From: an uncultured Candidatus Rokubacteria bacterium
Lineage (GTDB): Bacteria; Methylomirabilota; Methylomirabilia; Rokubacteriales; CSP1-6
Length of the DNA stretch: 64,000 nt
Assembly: GCA_963789955.1 (NCBI GenBank)
Contig: CAWBMV010000012.1
Span: 128,001 to 192,000 of the forward strand
Direction: 5' to 3'
Part shown: in pieces, positions 19,289 through 29,781 of the stretch
Layout of the letters: every line of letters begins with the position of its first letter
Position numbering within the stretch: position 1 is the first letter of the stretch
Made by a program: the position numbers and the translations under genes
Notes under the pieces: model-generated
Database searches by the model: none
What the model was told of the DNA's origin: nothing
The model's input: the letters and a program-made list of their open reading frames with translations, nothing else

Positions 19289-21106
19289 TTACCCCGCGTG
19301 GACCGCGTCGGCCTCGAGCTCGAGCGCGCGGATCGTCTCGGTCGTCGGGACGCCGGTGGCCGGATCCCAGCCCTGCTCGACGTAGTAGTCGGTGACGACC
19401 TTGTCCTGCTGCTCGCGGGTGAGGCCGGCGTGCTTGGGCAGGGGATCGCTGAAGCGCGCGGGCAGGCGGTCGTCGGCGCGCGTCATCCCTTCGCGCAGAT
19501 TGAAAAGGCGCGCGAGCGTGAGCCCGCGATGGGCCATCGTCACCATCTCCTCGGGCGTGATGTCCCAGCCGGTGACCGTCTTGAGGATCTGAAGCGACTG
19601 ATCGTCCTCGTAGGCGAGGAAGTGGCACAGCCCGATCTGATTGCGCAGGCCGTTGCGATTGCTGGTCTGACGCATGTGGTCGCCGCCGGTCGGCGCCAGG
19701 AGATACGACGCGCGCATGACCGGCATGTGACGCGGGTCGTGCATCGCCATCTCCATGCCCTTCACCGTCGTCAGGAGTGCTTCGGAGCCGCGGCCGAGCC
19801 GCTGCGCGGCGCGCTGTGAGCCTTCGGCCAGCAGATCGCCGATGCCTTGCCGATACGCGATCATCTCGACCAGCTTGATGACGCCGTCCGCGTCGTGGAA
19901 GCGGAGTGGTATGCCTCCGGTGTCGTCGAGTGTGAGAATGCCTTTCTCGAAGCATTCCATCGCCCACGCCAGCGTGGCGCCGAGCGACACGGTGTCCATG
20001 GCGAGGTAGTTACACATCTCGTTCGATTTGCAGATAGCGATCAGGTCTTCGAGGCCCAGATTGACGCCCAGGGCGGCCAGCGACTCGTACTCCGGCCCGC
20101 CGTATCGCGGATCGACGCTGTAGCGCCCGAGGGGATCGAACGCCACGCGCGCTCGACCTTTGTAGACATTTTCGGCCGCCGCGCGAGCCGCCTCTTCCTT
20201 CTCCTCGATGTGGACGACCTTCTTGCATCGCACGGAGCACGCGTAACACGCGCCCATCTTGACGCGCACCTGATCGCGCACGGCGATCGCGTCCACCTTG
20301 GCGATGGTGTCGGCGGCCCCCAGGCGATAGTTGAGGACGGGCATCCCGCCCTCGAGGCTCTTGCCCTGCATCGCGGCGCCGGTCCCGAACTCGTGAAAGG
20401 CCCGGTGCTTCTCGTCCATGGTGCCGGACACCCACTTGGCGATCGCCAGAAGCCCGGGCTGATCCGCGATCTTCACCGGGATCTTGCCGCGGACGGCGAT
20501 GGCCTTGAGCCGCTTCGACCCCATCACGGCGCCCATGCCGGTGCGGCCCGCGACCTCGTTCAGTTCGTTGGCGATGCAGGCGAAGCGCACGAGGTTCTCA
20601 CCGGCCGGACCGATCTGCGCGATGCGGATGCGCGGATCGCCGAGCTCGGCGAGAATCGCGTCCTCGACCTCGCCGGTGATCTTGCCCCAGAGATGTGCGG
20701 CGTCGCGGAACTCGACCGCGCCGTCGCTGATCCAGAGATAGACCGGAGTAGGGGAGACGCCGTGGAAGACGATCGCGTCCCAGCCGGCGCGCTTCAGCTC
20801 GGCACCCCAGTACCCGCCCGATTCCGATTCGCCGAAGCCGCCGGTCAGGGGCGACTTGGCGCCGACGCTGTGGCGTCCGGCGCCGGGCACGGGCGCGCCG
20901 GTGAGGACTCCGGGGGCGATCACCAGAATGTTGTCGGGCCCGAGCGGGTCCGCTCCCTTCGGCACGTACTTCAGGAGATAGTGCGCGATGAGCCCGCGTC
21001 CGCCGGCGTATCGGCGGAAGAATGGGTCGCCCGGCTCTTCGATCCAGGTGGTGCGATCGGAGAGATTCACGTGCAGGATCTTGTTCCAGTAGCCGTAGCG
21101 TTCCAT
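19289..21106 (-). CDS. aor: Aldehyde:ferredoxin oxidoreductase family (W-pterin) protein
   Basis: GYWNKILHVNLS, KSPLTGG, IGPAGEN, GRTGMGAVMGSKRLKAI, CYACSVRC, GPEYES and DPR motifs. Confidence 0.92.
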   Translation of the reverse strand: MERYGYWNKILHVNLSDRTTWIEEPGDPFFRRYAGGRGLIAHYLLKYVPKGADPLGPDNILVIAPGVLTGAPVPGAGRHSVGAKSPLTGGFGESESGGYWGAELKRAGWDAIVFHGVSPTPVYLWISDGAVEFRDAAHLWGKITGEVEDAILAELGDPRIRIAQIGPAGENLVRFACIANELNEVAGRTGMGAVMGSKRLKAIAVRGKIPVKIADQPGLLAIAKWVSGTMDEKHRAFHEFGTGAAMQGKSLEGGMPVLNYRLGAADTIAKVDAIAVRDQVRVKMGACYACSVRCKKVVHIEEKEEAARAAAENVYKGRARVAFDPLGRYSVDPRYGGPEYESLAALGVNLGLEDLIAICKSNEMCNYLAMDTVSLGATLAWAMECFEKGILTLDDTGGIPLRFHDADGVIKLVEMIAYRQGIGDLLAEGSQRAAQRLGRGSEALLTTVKGMEMAMHDPRHMPVMRASYLLAPTGGDHMRQTSNRNGLRNQIGLCHFLAYEDDQSLQILKTVTGWDITPEEMVTMAHRGLTLARLFNLREGMTRADDRLPARFSDPLPKHAGLTREQQDKVVTDYYVEQGWDPATGVPTTETIRALELEADAVHAG

Positions 21107-21479
21107 CAAGCGGCTCCCCCTTTATCTTCGTGGTCGCCTCGCCGGGCGCGGCTGCGGCTCCCCCTTCCATCGGCGTGGTCGCCTCGCCGGCGGCGGCTGC
21201 GGCTCCCCCTTCCATCGGACTCAAGAGCATGATCTCGGCGCCTTCGTGTAACGAAGTGTCCCGGGCCGCCTGCTCACCGTTGACCGCGATCGTCAGATCG
21301 GCAGCGGGCGGGACGCCGATCACTGCGAGCAGGTCGTCGACGGTGGCGTGCTCGCGCACGGTGTAGCGCAGCGGCCCGTCGGAGCCGCGCGGTAAGAACC
21401 GGCGGAGGTCGGCGAAGAACGTGACCATCACGGTGATGGTCTGCGTCCCCGCACTCGTCGAGTCTCGAGGCCCGGTCAT
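21106..21479 (-). CDS. MoaD/ThiS family sulfur carrier with a repeat-extended C-terminus
   Basis: VTFFADLRRF..TVDDLL..IAVNGE..SLHEGAEIMLLSPMEGG. There is no stop after the GG. The end coordinate assumes a missing G in the G5 run, which would give a TGA overlapping the aor ATG. Confidence 0.75.
21129..21218 (-). repeat. 45-bp tandem repeat x2 (PMEGGAAAA(A/P)GEATT), plus a partial third copy at 21110-21121
   Basis: Units 21129-21173 and 21174-21218 differ only in the 4-nt hairpin loop. Confidence 0.9.
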
Positions 21480-21548
21480 GACAATTCAGCTGGAGTATAC
21501 TGCGCGTCGTCGGTTGCTACGGACCGAAGTTCGAGAGGAGATTGCGCG

Positions 21549-22325
21549 ATGGGACTTGGTTTCGCGGTATTCGCCGGAACGTCCCCCGAGGTCATCCGCG
21601 CCTCGGCGAAGGAAGCCGAACGGCTCGGGTACACCTCGTTCTGGGTCAATCATCCCGGCCCGACCGACGGGCTCGCGGCGCTCGCGCATGCGGCGCGTGA
21701 GACGCAGCGTATCGAGCTCGGCATCGGCGTGATCCCGCTCCACACGCGCGGACCGGAGAGCATCGTCCAGGGCGTGAAGACGACGGGGCTTCCGCTCGAT
21801 CGGCTGCTCCTCGGAGTCGGCAGCCCGAATCCCGAGGCGCTCAAGCGCGTGCGCGCCGGCATCGGCGAGCTGCGGCGCCAGCTCTCGACGCGGCTCATCG
21901 TCGCGGCGCTCGGTCCCCAGATGTGCCGGCTCGCCGGCGAGGTTGCCGACGGCGTGCTCTTCAACTGGCTCACGCCCGAGTACGCGCGTCGGTCCGCCGA
22001 GCTGGTGCGTGAGGGCGCGACCGCCGCGAAACGGAAAACGCCGAGACTCTGCGCCTACCTGCGCGTCGCGCTGGGCCCCGGAGCCAGCGAGCGGCTCCAG
22101 GAAGAAGGCAAGCGCTACGCGTCGGTACCCGCCTATGGCGCCAACTTCGATCGCATGGGCCTGAAGCCCGTGGAGACCGCGATCGCCGCCGAGAGCCCGG
22201 AGGCGATCAAGCGCGGTCTCGCGGCGTGGCAGGGCGCGGTGGACGAGGTCGTCATCCGCGCGATCACCGCGAAGGACACGGTCGAGGACCACCTCGCCCT
22301 CGTACGCGCCGCCGCGCCCGCGTAA
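21549..22325 (+). CDS. LLM class flavin-dependent oxidoreductase
   Basis: AERLGYTSFWVN, IELGIGVIP and AALGPQMCRLAGEVADG motifs. Confidence 0.85.
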   Translation: MGLGFAVFAGTSPEVIRASAKEAERLGYTSFWVNHPGPTDGLAALAHAARETQRIELGIGVIPLHTRGPESIVQGVKTTGLPLDRLLLGVGSPNPEALKRVRAGIGELRRQLSTRLIVAALGPQMCRLAGEVADGVLFNWLTPEYARRSAELVREGATAAKRKTPRLCAYLRVALGPGASERLQEEGKRYASVPAYGANFDRMGLKPVETAIAAESPEAIKRGLAAWQGAVDEVVIRAITAKDTVEDHLALVRAAAPA

Positions 22326-22343
22326 CGTCTCGAGCGCGCTCGA

Positions 22344-23453
22344 CTAGTCGACGCGGTAGCGCCGGATCAGGCCCTCGTCCAGGACGATCCCGAAGCCGGG
22401 ACCCTGGGCGACGTCCATCATCCCGTCCTTGATCGACGGCCGATTCGCCCACATGGTCTGCCATACCGGATCGCGTTCGGGATCGGCGAAGCACTCGGCA
22501 TAGGTGCCATGCGGCACCGCCGCCAGCAGGTGCTGCGAGATCTGCGACTCCTCGTGATGCGCCATCTGGAGCCCCGCCACGCCGCAGAGCGCGGCGGCGC
22601 GGCGCCACTCGGTGACGCCGCCGCACTCGGAGGCGTCGACGTTGACCAGATCGACCGCGCCGGCGTCGACCAACCGGCGCACGCCGTGGCTCGTGATCTC
22701 CGACTGGCCGGCGGTCACGGGGATTCGAGTCGCCTGCCGGACGCGCGCCATCAGCGCCGCGTCGTCGTACCAGTGGCACGGCTCCTCGAACCACCGGATA
22801 TCGAGCGGCTCGATGAGGCGCGAGAAGCGGATCGCATCGTCGGCCGACCAGCCGCGATTGGCGTCCACGGCCAGGACGAAGTCGGGACCCGCGGCCTTGC
22901 GCGCGGCGTCGACACGCTTCGCGTCGTCCTCGGGCGTGAGGCCGCCGACCTTGAACTTGCATCCGGCCATGCCGGCGCGCCGGTAGGCTTCCATCTCGCG
23001 CCCGATGTCGGCGAGCGTCTTGCCTTCCATGTAGTAGCCGCCGATCGAGATGATCGGCAGCCGGGAGCGGTAGCCGCCGAGCAGGGCGCACACGCTCTTG
23101 CCCAACGCCTTGCCGACGAGATCCCAGAGCGCGCAATCGACGCAGGCGATCGCCTCGAGCAGCACTTTGCGGTCACGGCTCAGATGGCTGGTCGCGAACA
23201 GCCGCTCCCAGACGCGCTCACCTTCGAAGATGCTCATGCCGCGGGCGAGGGGGGCGAGCGTGTCGCGGATCAGCCGCACGATCTCGCGCCCGTGCTCGCG
23301 GTTGTCACCGTTGTAGACCTCGCTGACCAGGCCGGTATCGGTCCGCATGCGCGTCACCACCGTGCAGCGAGTGAGCACGGTGTAGGTGCTGCCGCCGAAG
23401 TTCTTCTTGAGCGGGATCTCGATCGGAATCGCTTCGATGCTCTCGATGCGCAT
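22344..23453 (-). CDS. Mandelate racemase/muconate lactonizing enzyme family (enolase superfamily)
   Basis: DCALWDLVGK, KFKVG, VDANRGW and WFEEP motifs. Confidence 0.9.
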   Translation of the reverse strand: MRIESIEAIPIEIPLKKNFGGSTYTVLTRCTVVTRMRTDTGLVSEVYNGDNREHGREIVRLIRDTLAPLARGMSIFEGERVWERLFATSHLSRDRKVLLEAIACVDCALWDLVGKALGKSVCALLGGYRSRLPIISIGGYYMEGKTLADIGREMEAYRRAGMAGCKFKVGGLTPEDDAKRVDAARKAAGPDFVLAVDANRGWSADDAIRFSRLIEPLDIRWFEEPCHWYDDAALMARVRQATRIPVTAGQSEITSHGVRRLVDAGAVDLVNVDASECGGVTEWRRAAALCGVAGLQMAHHEESQISQHLLAAVPHGTYAECFADPERDPVWQTMWANRPSIKDGMMDVAQGPGFGIVLDEGLIRRYRVD

Positions 23454-23470
23454 GGTCGATCGCCCGCCGG

Positions 23471-24352
23471 CTAGACGGCCGGGCGTACCTCCTTGGTCAA
23501 ACGCTCCATCGCGCGCGTCATGCCGGCGATGTCGCCGCGCGGCAGATCGAACGTCATCCACTCGCAGCCGAGCGAGCGAACCCGGCGAATGTCGCCGGCC
23601 ACCTCGTCGACGGAGCCCTCGAACGCGCCGCGGCCGCTGCCTTTCGCTCGATCGGCGAGCGCCAGCATGTTTCTCGGCGCGACGCCGACCGTACGGCCGG
23701 CCTTGGCGGCCAGATCTCGGACCGTCGCGATCCCCTTTTCGATATCGGCGAGGCTCAGGGCCAGGGGATGCCAGGCATCGCCGAGCAACGCGACGCGGCG
23801 GAGCGCCGGTGACGAGATCGCGCCGGGCAGCCCGCCGACCCAGATCGGCGGGTGCGGAGTCTGGGCCGGCCGCGGCGCGAAGGTCGCGCCCGAAAAGTTC
23901 AGGTACTTGCCGGCGAAGGACGGCTGGTCGGCGCTCCACGCGGCCTTGATCACGCGGAGGTATTCGTCGGTCTGCGCACCCCGCTGGTGGAAGGGGAGCC
24001 CGAGGTTACGGAACTCTTCTTCGTCCCAGCCGACTCCGACGCCGAAGATGAACCGGCCGCCCGAAGCCTGGTCGACCGTCGCGGCGGCCTTGGCCGTGAC
24101 GAGCGGGTTCCGGTACGGCAGCACGATGACGCTCGCCCCGACGTGGATCCGCTGGGTGCGGCCGGCGATGAAGGCCAGGAGCGAGAACGGATCGGGCCAG
24201 TTCGGGCCGTAGTGCTGCGTGGTCGCCGGCGGAGCCAGGATGTGGTCGGGCACGAACACGCCGTCGAGCCCGAGATCTTCGGCCCTCAGCGCGAGGGTCT
24301 CAGCGTCACGCACCGACAGTTGCCAGATCGGAAGGATCACGCCGTATTTCAT
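23471..24352 (-). CDS. LLM class oxidoreductase (Rv2161c-like, possibly F420-dependent)
   Basis: [27 protein letters not shown] and PHPPIWVGG motifs. Confidence 0.85.
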   Translation of the reverse strand: MKYGVILPIWQLSVRDAETLALRAEDLGLDGVFVPDHILAPPATTQHYGPNWPDPFSLLAFIAGRTQRIHVGASVIVLPYRNPLVTAKAAATVDQASGGRFIFGVGVGWDEEEFRNLGLPFHQRGAQTDEYLRVIKAAWSADQPSFAGKYLNFSGATFAPRPAQTPHPPIWVGGLPGAISSPALRRVALLGDAWHPLALSLADIEKGIATVRDLAAKAGRTVGVAPRNMLALADRAKGSGRGAFEGSVDEVAGDIRRVRSLGCEWMTFDLPRGDIAGMTRAMERLTKEVRPAV

Positions 24353-24455
24353 GGCCGCCTCCTTGGGCCGCTACTCTCCCACGCGAGCCGAGGGGATGGC
24401 AACCGCGCGGTCAGGCGGGCGTGCTAGGCTCTGCAATCGTCACGCGGGAGGATCT

Positions 24456-24548
24456 GTGGCGAAGGGTCTCGACGCGCTGTTGGCCGAGCTCGAGCAGTTC
24501 GGCAAAACCAACGACGGCTCCAGCACCGAGCGGCCGCGCCGGATGCTG
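24456..24548 (+). pseudogene. N-terminal fragment of an O-methyltransferase-like gene
   Basis: GGGAGG RBS and GTG start. [27 protein letters not shown] resembles, from memory, the start of Methyltransf_3-type proteins. The sequence then switches gene. Confidence 0.5.
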
Positions 24549-25437
24549 GAACGATCACACCAAGGACGTCGACACGCTCGCCGGCCGGCTCAAGGACACC
24601 GAGGCCCTGGTGCTGATCCGCGAGCGCACGCCGATCCGGGCGCCGCTGCTCGAGCGCCTCGACCAGCTCAAGCTGATCAGCCAGGCGGGCGTGTTTCCTC
24701 ATATCGACGTCGAGGCGTGCACGCGGCGCGGCGTGCTCGTGTGCTCGCACACCGGCCCCGGCCGGCCGTCGTACGCGACGGCCGAGCTCACGTGGGGGCT
24801 CGTCATCGCGGCGTTCCGGCGCATCCCGCAAGAGATGATCGCGCTGAGAGCCGGCAAGTGGCAGGCCTATCCGATCGGCATCGGCCTGCGCGGCAAGACG
24901 CTCGGGATCTACGGCTACGGCAAGATCGGCGCGGTGGTCGCCGGCTACGGCAAGGCGTTCGGCATGAACGTGCTCGCATGGGGTCGCGAGAACTCGGTGA
25001 CCCAGGCGCGCGCCGACGGGTTCACGGTCGCCGCGAGCAAGGAGGCCCTGTTCGCCGAGTCGGACGTGCTGTCGCTGCACCTGCGGCTGATCCCCGCCAC
25101 GCGCGGCATCGTCACCGCCGCCGACCTGGCGCGGATGAAGCCGACCGCGCTGATCGTCAACACGAGCCGCGCCGGGCTGGTCGCGCCGGGCGCGCTCGAG
25201 GCGGCGCTTCGCGCCGGGCGTCCGGGCATGGCCGCCGTCGACGTCTACGAGGAGGAGCCGGTGCTCGGCGGCAAGCATCCGCTCCTGTCGATGGACAACG
25301 TGATCTGCGCGCCACACCTCGGCTACGTCGAGCGCGACGGGCTCGAGCACATGTTCGCCGGCATCTTCGATCAGATCCTCGGGTTCGCGAGCGGCAAGCC
25401 GATCAACGTCCAGAATCCCGAGGCGCTGAAGCGCTGA
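24547..25437 (+). pseudogene. D-2-hydroxyacid dehydrogenase family, N-terminus missing
   Basis: Begins at [35 protein letters not shown] and PHLGY motifs. Confidence 0.8.
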
Positions 25438-25441
25438 TCGG

Positions 25442-25807
25442 CTACTTGTCCAGCCACACCTCCTGCATCCGGGCGTAGTTGTAGATGACGTGATGCGGGA
25501 CGAGGTTTTTCACGTAGGGCCACTGCACGAAGTAGCCGAAGCGCCAGCCCAGGATCGGCTTGGCCACGTCCGCCTCGAGACGCTGCTGGATCTGGATCAC
25601 CAGCGCGAGCCGCTTCTTGGGATCGATCTCGCGTGACTGCCGATCGATGAGGTCGTCGACCTCGGGGTTGCAGTACTCGCTATAGTTGCGCGTCGACCCG
25701 CACTTGTAGTTCTCGTAGAAGAACGCGTCGGGATCGTCGAGGCCGACGGCGGTGAGGTTGGCGGCGATCGTGTAGTCGCGACGGGTCAGCGCCGGATACC
25801 AGACGGG
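25442..25807 (-). pseudogene. C-terminal ~120 aa of a family 5 ABC solute-binding protein, no start
   Basis: My translation is PVWYPALTRRDY..DDPDAFFYENYKCGSTRNYS..VKNLVPH..YNYARMQEVWLDK*. It is a close paralog of the C-terminus of 43635-44963. Confidence 0.8.
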
Positions 25808-27357
25808 TCAGCTCTTCTTCAGGCGCACGTCTTCGAGCGGCGCCGACCACGGATAGGGATTGATCAGCATGAGCGCCGGGTTCTCGACGCGCGGCCCGAT
25901 TCCGCTGGGCCAGATGTACTCGAAGATCGGCGCGATGCGCGTGCGCTCGTTCATGATCTGCTGGATCTGGTGCAGGAGCGCCTCGCGCTTCTTGCGGTCG
26001 GTCTCGCGCCCCTGCTGCTTGTAGAGCGCGTCGGTGTCGGGATAGCCGCCGTAGGCGTAGGCGCCCTCGCTGGGATAGATCTCGGACATCCGCGAGGCGG
26101 CGTTGCCGTAGAGCGCGCTCGAGCAGACGCAGAGCCCCTTGGCCTTCTTGGACTGCACCGCCGCGAAGTACGCGGCGCGTTCCATCGGCCGCATCTTGAG
26201 CTTGATGCCGACCGCCTGGAGGTTGCCGATGATCGCCTCGCCGAGCGAGAAGTACGGCGGCAGCTGGTAGAGCTCGCCGGCGTCGAAGCCGTTCGGATAG
26301 CCGGCTTCGGCCAGGAGCTGCTTGGCCCGCGCGGGATTGTGCGGTAGCGGCTCGATCGGCAGCGCGAAGTCGAAGGCGCGCGGGATGAAGTTGCCGGCGG
26401 GCTTCGAGGCGCCGAGCGTCTCGGCGTCGGACAGGGCCTGGCGATCGAGGGCGTAGCTGGCGGCCAACCGCACGCGCTTGTCGGCCCACGGCGACTTCGG
26501 ATCCCACTGGTCGAGGAAGTCGAGGAAGAAGATCGCGATCCCGCCGGAGAACGCGAGCTTGAGGTTGGGATCGCGCTTCAGCTCCTGCGCCTGCGGCACC
26601 TCGAGGAGATACGCGATGTCCACTTCGCCGCGCTTGAGCATCGCCGCGCGCGTCGTGGATTCCGGGACGCACCTTGTAGACCAGGCGCTTCACGGACGGC
26701 ACCTTGCGCCAGTAGTTCTCGTTGGCTTCCATGACCAGCTCGATCCCGGGATTGTGGCTGACGAACTTGTAAGGACCGAGCCCGATCGGGTTCTTCTTGA
26801 ATCCGTCGTCGCCGACCTTCTCGATGTAGCTTCTTCGGGACGATCCAGCCGGCGCCGGTCGCCATGGTCCCGTAGAAGGCCATGAAATCCGGGAACGGCT
26901 CGTGGAGCTGGAAGCGCACGCGGTACGGGCTGACGATCACGACTTCCTTGACGCGGTCGTGCAGGACCTTCGAGCCCTTGGCGCGGAGAAAGCTGAACTT
27001 CACGTCCTCGGCGGTGAACGGATCGCCGTTGTGGAATTTCAGCCCTTCGCGCAGCTTGAATTCGTACGCGCGCTGATCGGGGCTGACGGTCCAGGATTCG
27101 GCGAGGCTCGGCGTCATCTGGTTGCCGGGCATCGGCTTCACGAGGGCATCGTGCATCGCATACAGGACCCAGAACGGCGTGATCTGGCCGACGACCTCAC
27201 CGGGATCGAACCACACCGGCGAGAGCGTCACGTAGAGGGCCCACCGCATTTCACCTTCGGGTTTGTTCTGAGCAGCGGACCGGTCGAGGAGACCGCCCGC
27301 GAGGAGTGCGAACACCAGGGCGAGACTGCCGAGCGCGAGACGTCGCTTGTCGTTCAT
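25808..27357 (-). CDS. ABC transporter family 5 (peptide/nickel-type) solute-binding protein; frameshifts near 26830 and 26675
   Basis: Signal peptide; SLAESW, LREGLKFHNGDPFTAEDVKFS and DKRVRLA motifs; ends WSAPLEDVRLKKS. Confidence 0.88.
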
Positions 27358-27401
27358 GGGCTTTTTGTATCACATCGCCTCGCGTATACTGCCGCACCAT
27401 C

Positions 27402-29765
27402 ATGAGCAATCCCGTCACCGTCGAGAAATTCGCGATCGGGCAGTCGGTACGCCGCGTCGAGGACCCGCGTCTTCTGCAGGGATTCGGCCGCTACTCGGAC
27501 GATGTGAACCTGCCGCATCAAGCCTATGCCGTCGTCGTGCGCTCTGCCGCATGCGCATGCCGGCATCCGGTCGATCGACACGACGGCGGCCCGCAACGCC
27601 GCCGGCGTCCTCGCCGTGCTCACCGGCGCCGATCTCGCGGCCGACGGGCTCGGCGACCTGCCGACCGACAAGTCTCGCAAGCGGCGCGACGGGTCGCCGG
27701 CGTTCACGACGCCGCGGCCGGCGCTGATCCGCGACCGCGTCCGCCACGTCGGTGACCCGGTCGCGCTCGTCGTCGCCGACACGATGGAGCGGGCCGTCGA
27801 CGCCGCCGAGCTCGTCGCCGTCGACTACGAGGCGCTGCCGGCGGTCGCCGCGACGGCCGATGCGGTGCGCCCGGGCGCGCCGGCGGTGTGGGCCCAGGCG
27901 CCGGACAACGTCGCCTTCGTCTGGGAGGCCGGCAACAAGGACGGCGCCGCGCGCGGCCTCGCCGCCGCGGCCCACGTCGTCCGTCTCGACTTCGTGGTGT
28001 CGCGCGTGGCCGCCGCGCCGATGGAGCCGCGCGGTGCCGTCGGCGAGTGGGACCGGCGCACCGGTCGCTACACGCTGCACACGGGCATCCAGGCGCCGCA
28101 TGGTCTGCGCACGCTTGCTCGCCGATCAGGTGCTCAAGGTGCCGCACAGCCACCTGCGCGTGATCACGGGCGAGGTCGGCGGAAGCTTCGGGATGAAGAG
28201 CGGTGTCTATCCCGAGGTCGTCCTGGTGCTGTGGGCCGCGAAACGACTGGGACGGCCGGTCAAGTGGACGTCCGATCGGCGCGAGGGCTTCGTCACCGAC
28301 GAGCACGGACGCGACAACGTCTCCACGGCCGAGCTCGGGCTCGACGCCAACGGCAAGTTCCTGGCGCTGCGCGTGGCGATCAGCCTGAACATCGGCGCCT
28401 ACCTCACGCCGCGCAGCGCGGGGCCCGGCACGAACAACGTCGGCGGTCTGGCGGGTGTCTACACGACGCCGGCGATCCACGTGCAGACCACCGGCGTGTT
28501 CTCGAACACGACGCCGACGGGGCCCTACCGCGGCGCCGGCCGGCCGGAGGCGACGTACGCGATCGAGCGCGTCATCGACGTCGCGGCGCGCGAGCTCAAG
28601 ATCGATCCGATCGAGCTGCGACGCCGCAACCTGATTCCGTCTTCGGCGATGCCGTTCAAGACGGGGCTCGTCTTCACCTACGACTGCGGTGAGTTCGGCC
28701 GCGGCATGGACCTGGCGCTCGGTCTCGCCGATCGGGCCGGGTTCGAGAAGCGGCGCGCCGAGGCCCAGCGGCACGGCAAGCTGCGGGGTCTGGGCATCGC
28801 CAACCCGATCGAGGTGGCCGGCGGGCCGTATACGGCGATGAACCCGGATACGGCCGAGCTGCGCGTCAATGCCGACGGCTCGGTCTCGCTGTTCGCGGGC
28901 TCGACGTCGATGGGCCAGGGCAACGAGACGGCGTTCGCGCAGATCGTGAGCGACAAGCTCGGTGTGCCGCCCGAGCGCATCCAGGTGTTCTGGGGCGACA
29001 GCGATTTGCTCGGCAACGGGCGCGGCAACGGCGGCTCGGGCGCCCTCACCGTGGGCGGCTCGGCGGTGACGCGCGCGACCGAGAAGGTCATCGAGCGCGG
29101 GCGCCGCATCGCCGCGCGGCTGCTCGAGGCCGCGCCGGACGATGTGATCCACCAGGATGGCAAGTTCACGGTGAAAGGCACGGACAAGGGCGTGACGTTC
29201 GCGAACGTCGCGCGCGCGGCCTACGTGCCGCGCCAGCTGCCGCAGGGAATGGAGCCGGGCTTCAGCGAAGAGGCGTCGTTCACGCCGTCGGCCGTCACGT
29301 TCCCGAACGGCTCGCAGATCTGCGAGGTCGAGATCGACGCAGGAGACCGGCGCGGTGCGCGTGGTGCGTCACACCGTGGTCGACGACGTCGGGCGCATGG
29401 TGAACCCCATGCTCGTGAAGGGACAGATCCACGGCGGCGTGGTCCAGGGGCTCGGGCAGGGACTCTACGAGGAGCTGACCTACGACCCGACGACGGGCCA
29501 GCTGCTCGCCGGATCGTTCATGGACTACGCGATGCCGCGCGCCGACGACATGCCCAACTTCGACGTCGACTCGCACGAGGTGCCGACCGCGGTGAATCCG
29601 CTCGGCGCCAAAGGGGTGGGCGAGGCGGGCACCGTCGGCGCGCTGCCCGCGCTTCTCAACGCGGTCAACGACGCGCTGGCCCCGCTCGGCGTGCGCCATC
29701 TCGACATGCCGGTGACGCCGGAGCGCGTCTGGCGCGCGATCCAGGACGCCAAAGCTCGCCGCTGA
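27402..29765 (+). CDS. Xanthine dehydrogenase family molybdopterin-binding large subunit (CoxL/CutL-like); frameshifts near 27545, 28115 and 29340
   Basis: IGQSVRRVED, VGGSFGMK, PYRGAGRPE, GQGNET, GQIHGG and GAKGVGEAG motifs. Confidence 0.9.
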
Positions 29766-29781
29766 GCGGTCGGGAGGGTCT

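Noticed and set aside
21129..21218. Possible mini CRISPR array
   Set aside because: The two 45-bp units are contiguous with no spacers, and no cas genes are present.
25808..25810. Second selenocysteine codon
   Set aside because: The TGA follows a normal-looking SBP C-terminus, with no Cys-type motif and no convincing SECIS-like hairpin. A junction explains it better.
27402..29765. Aerobic CO dehydrogenase (form I coxL)
   Set aside because: It lacks the AYxCSFR motif and has no neighbouring coxM or coxS.
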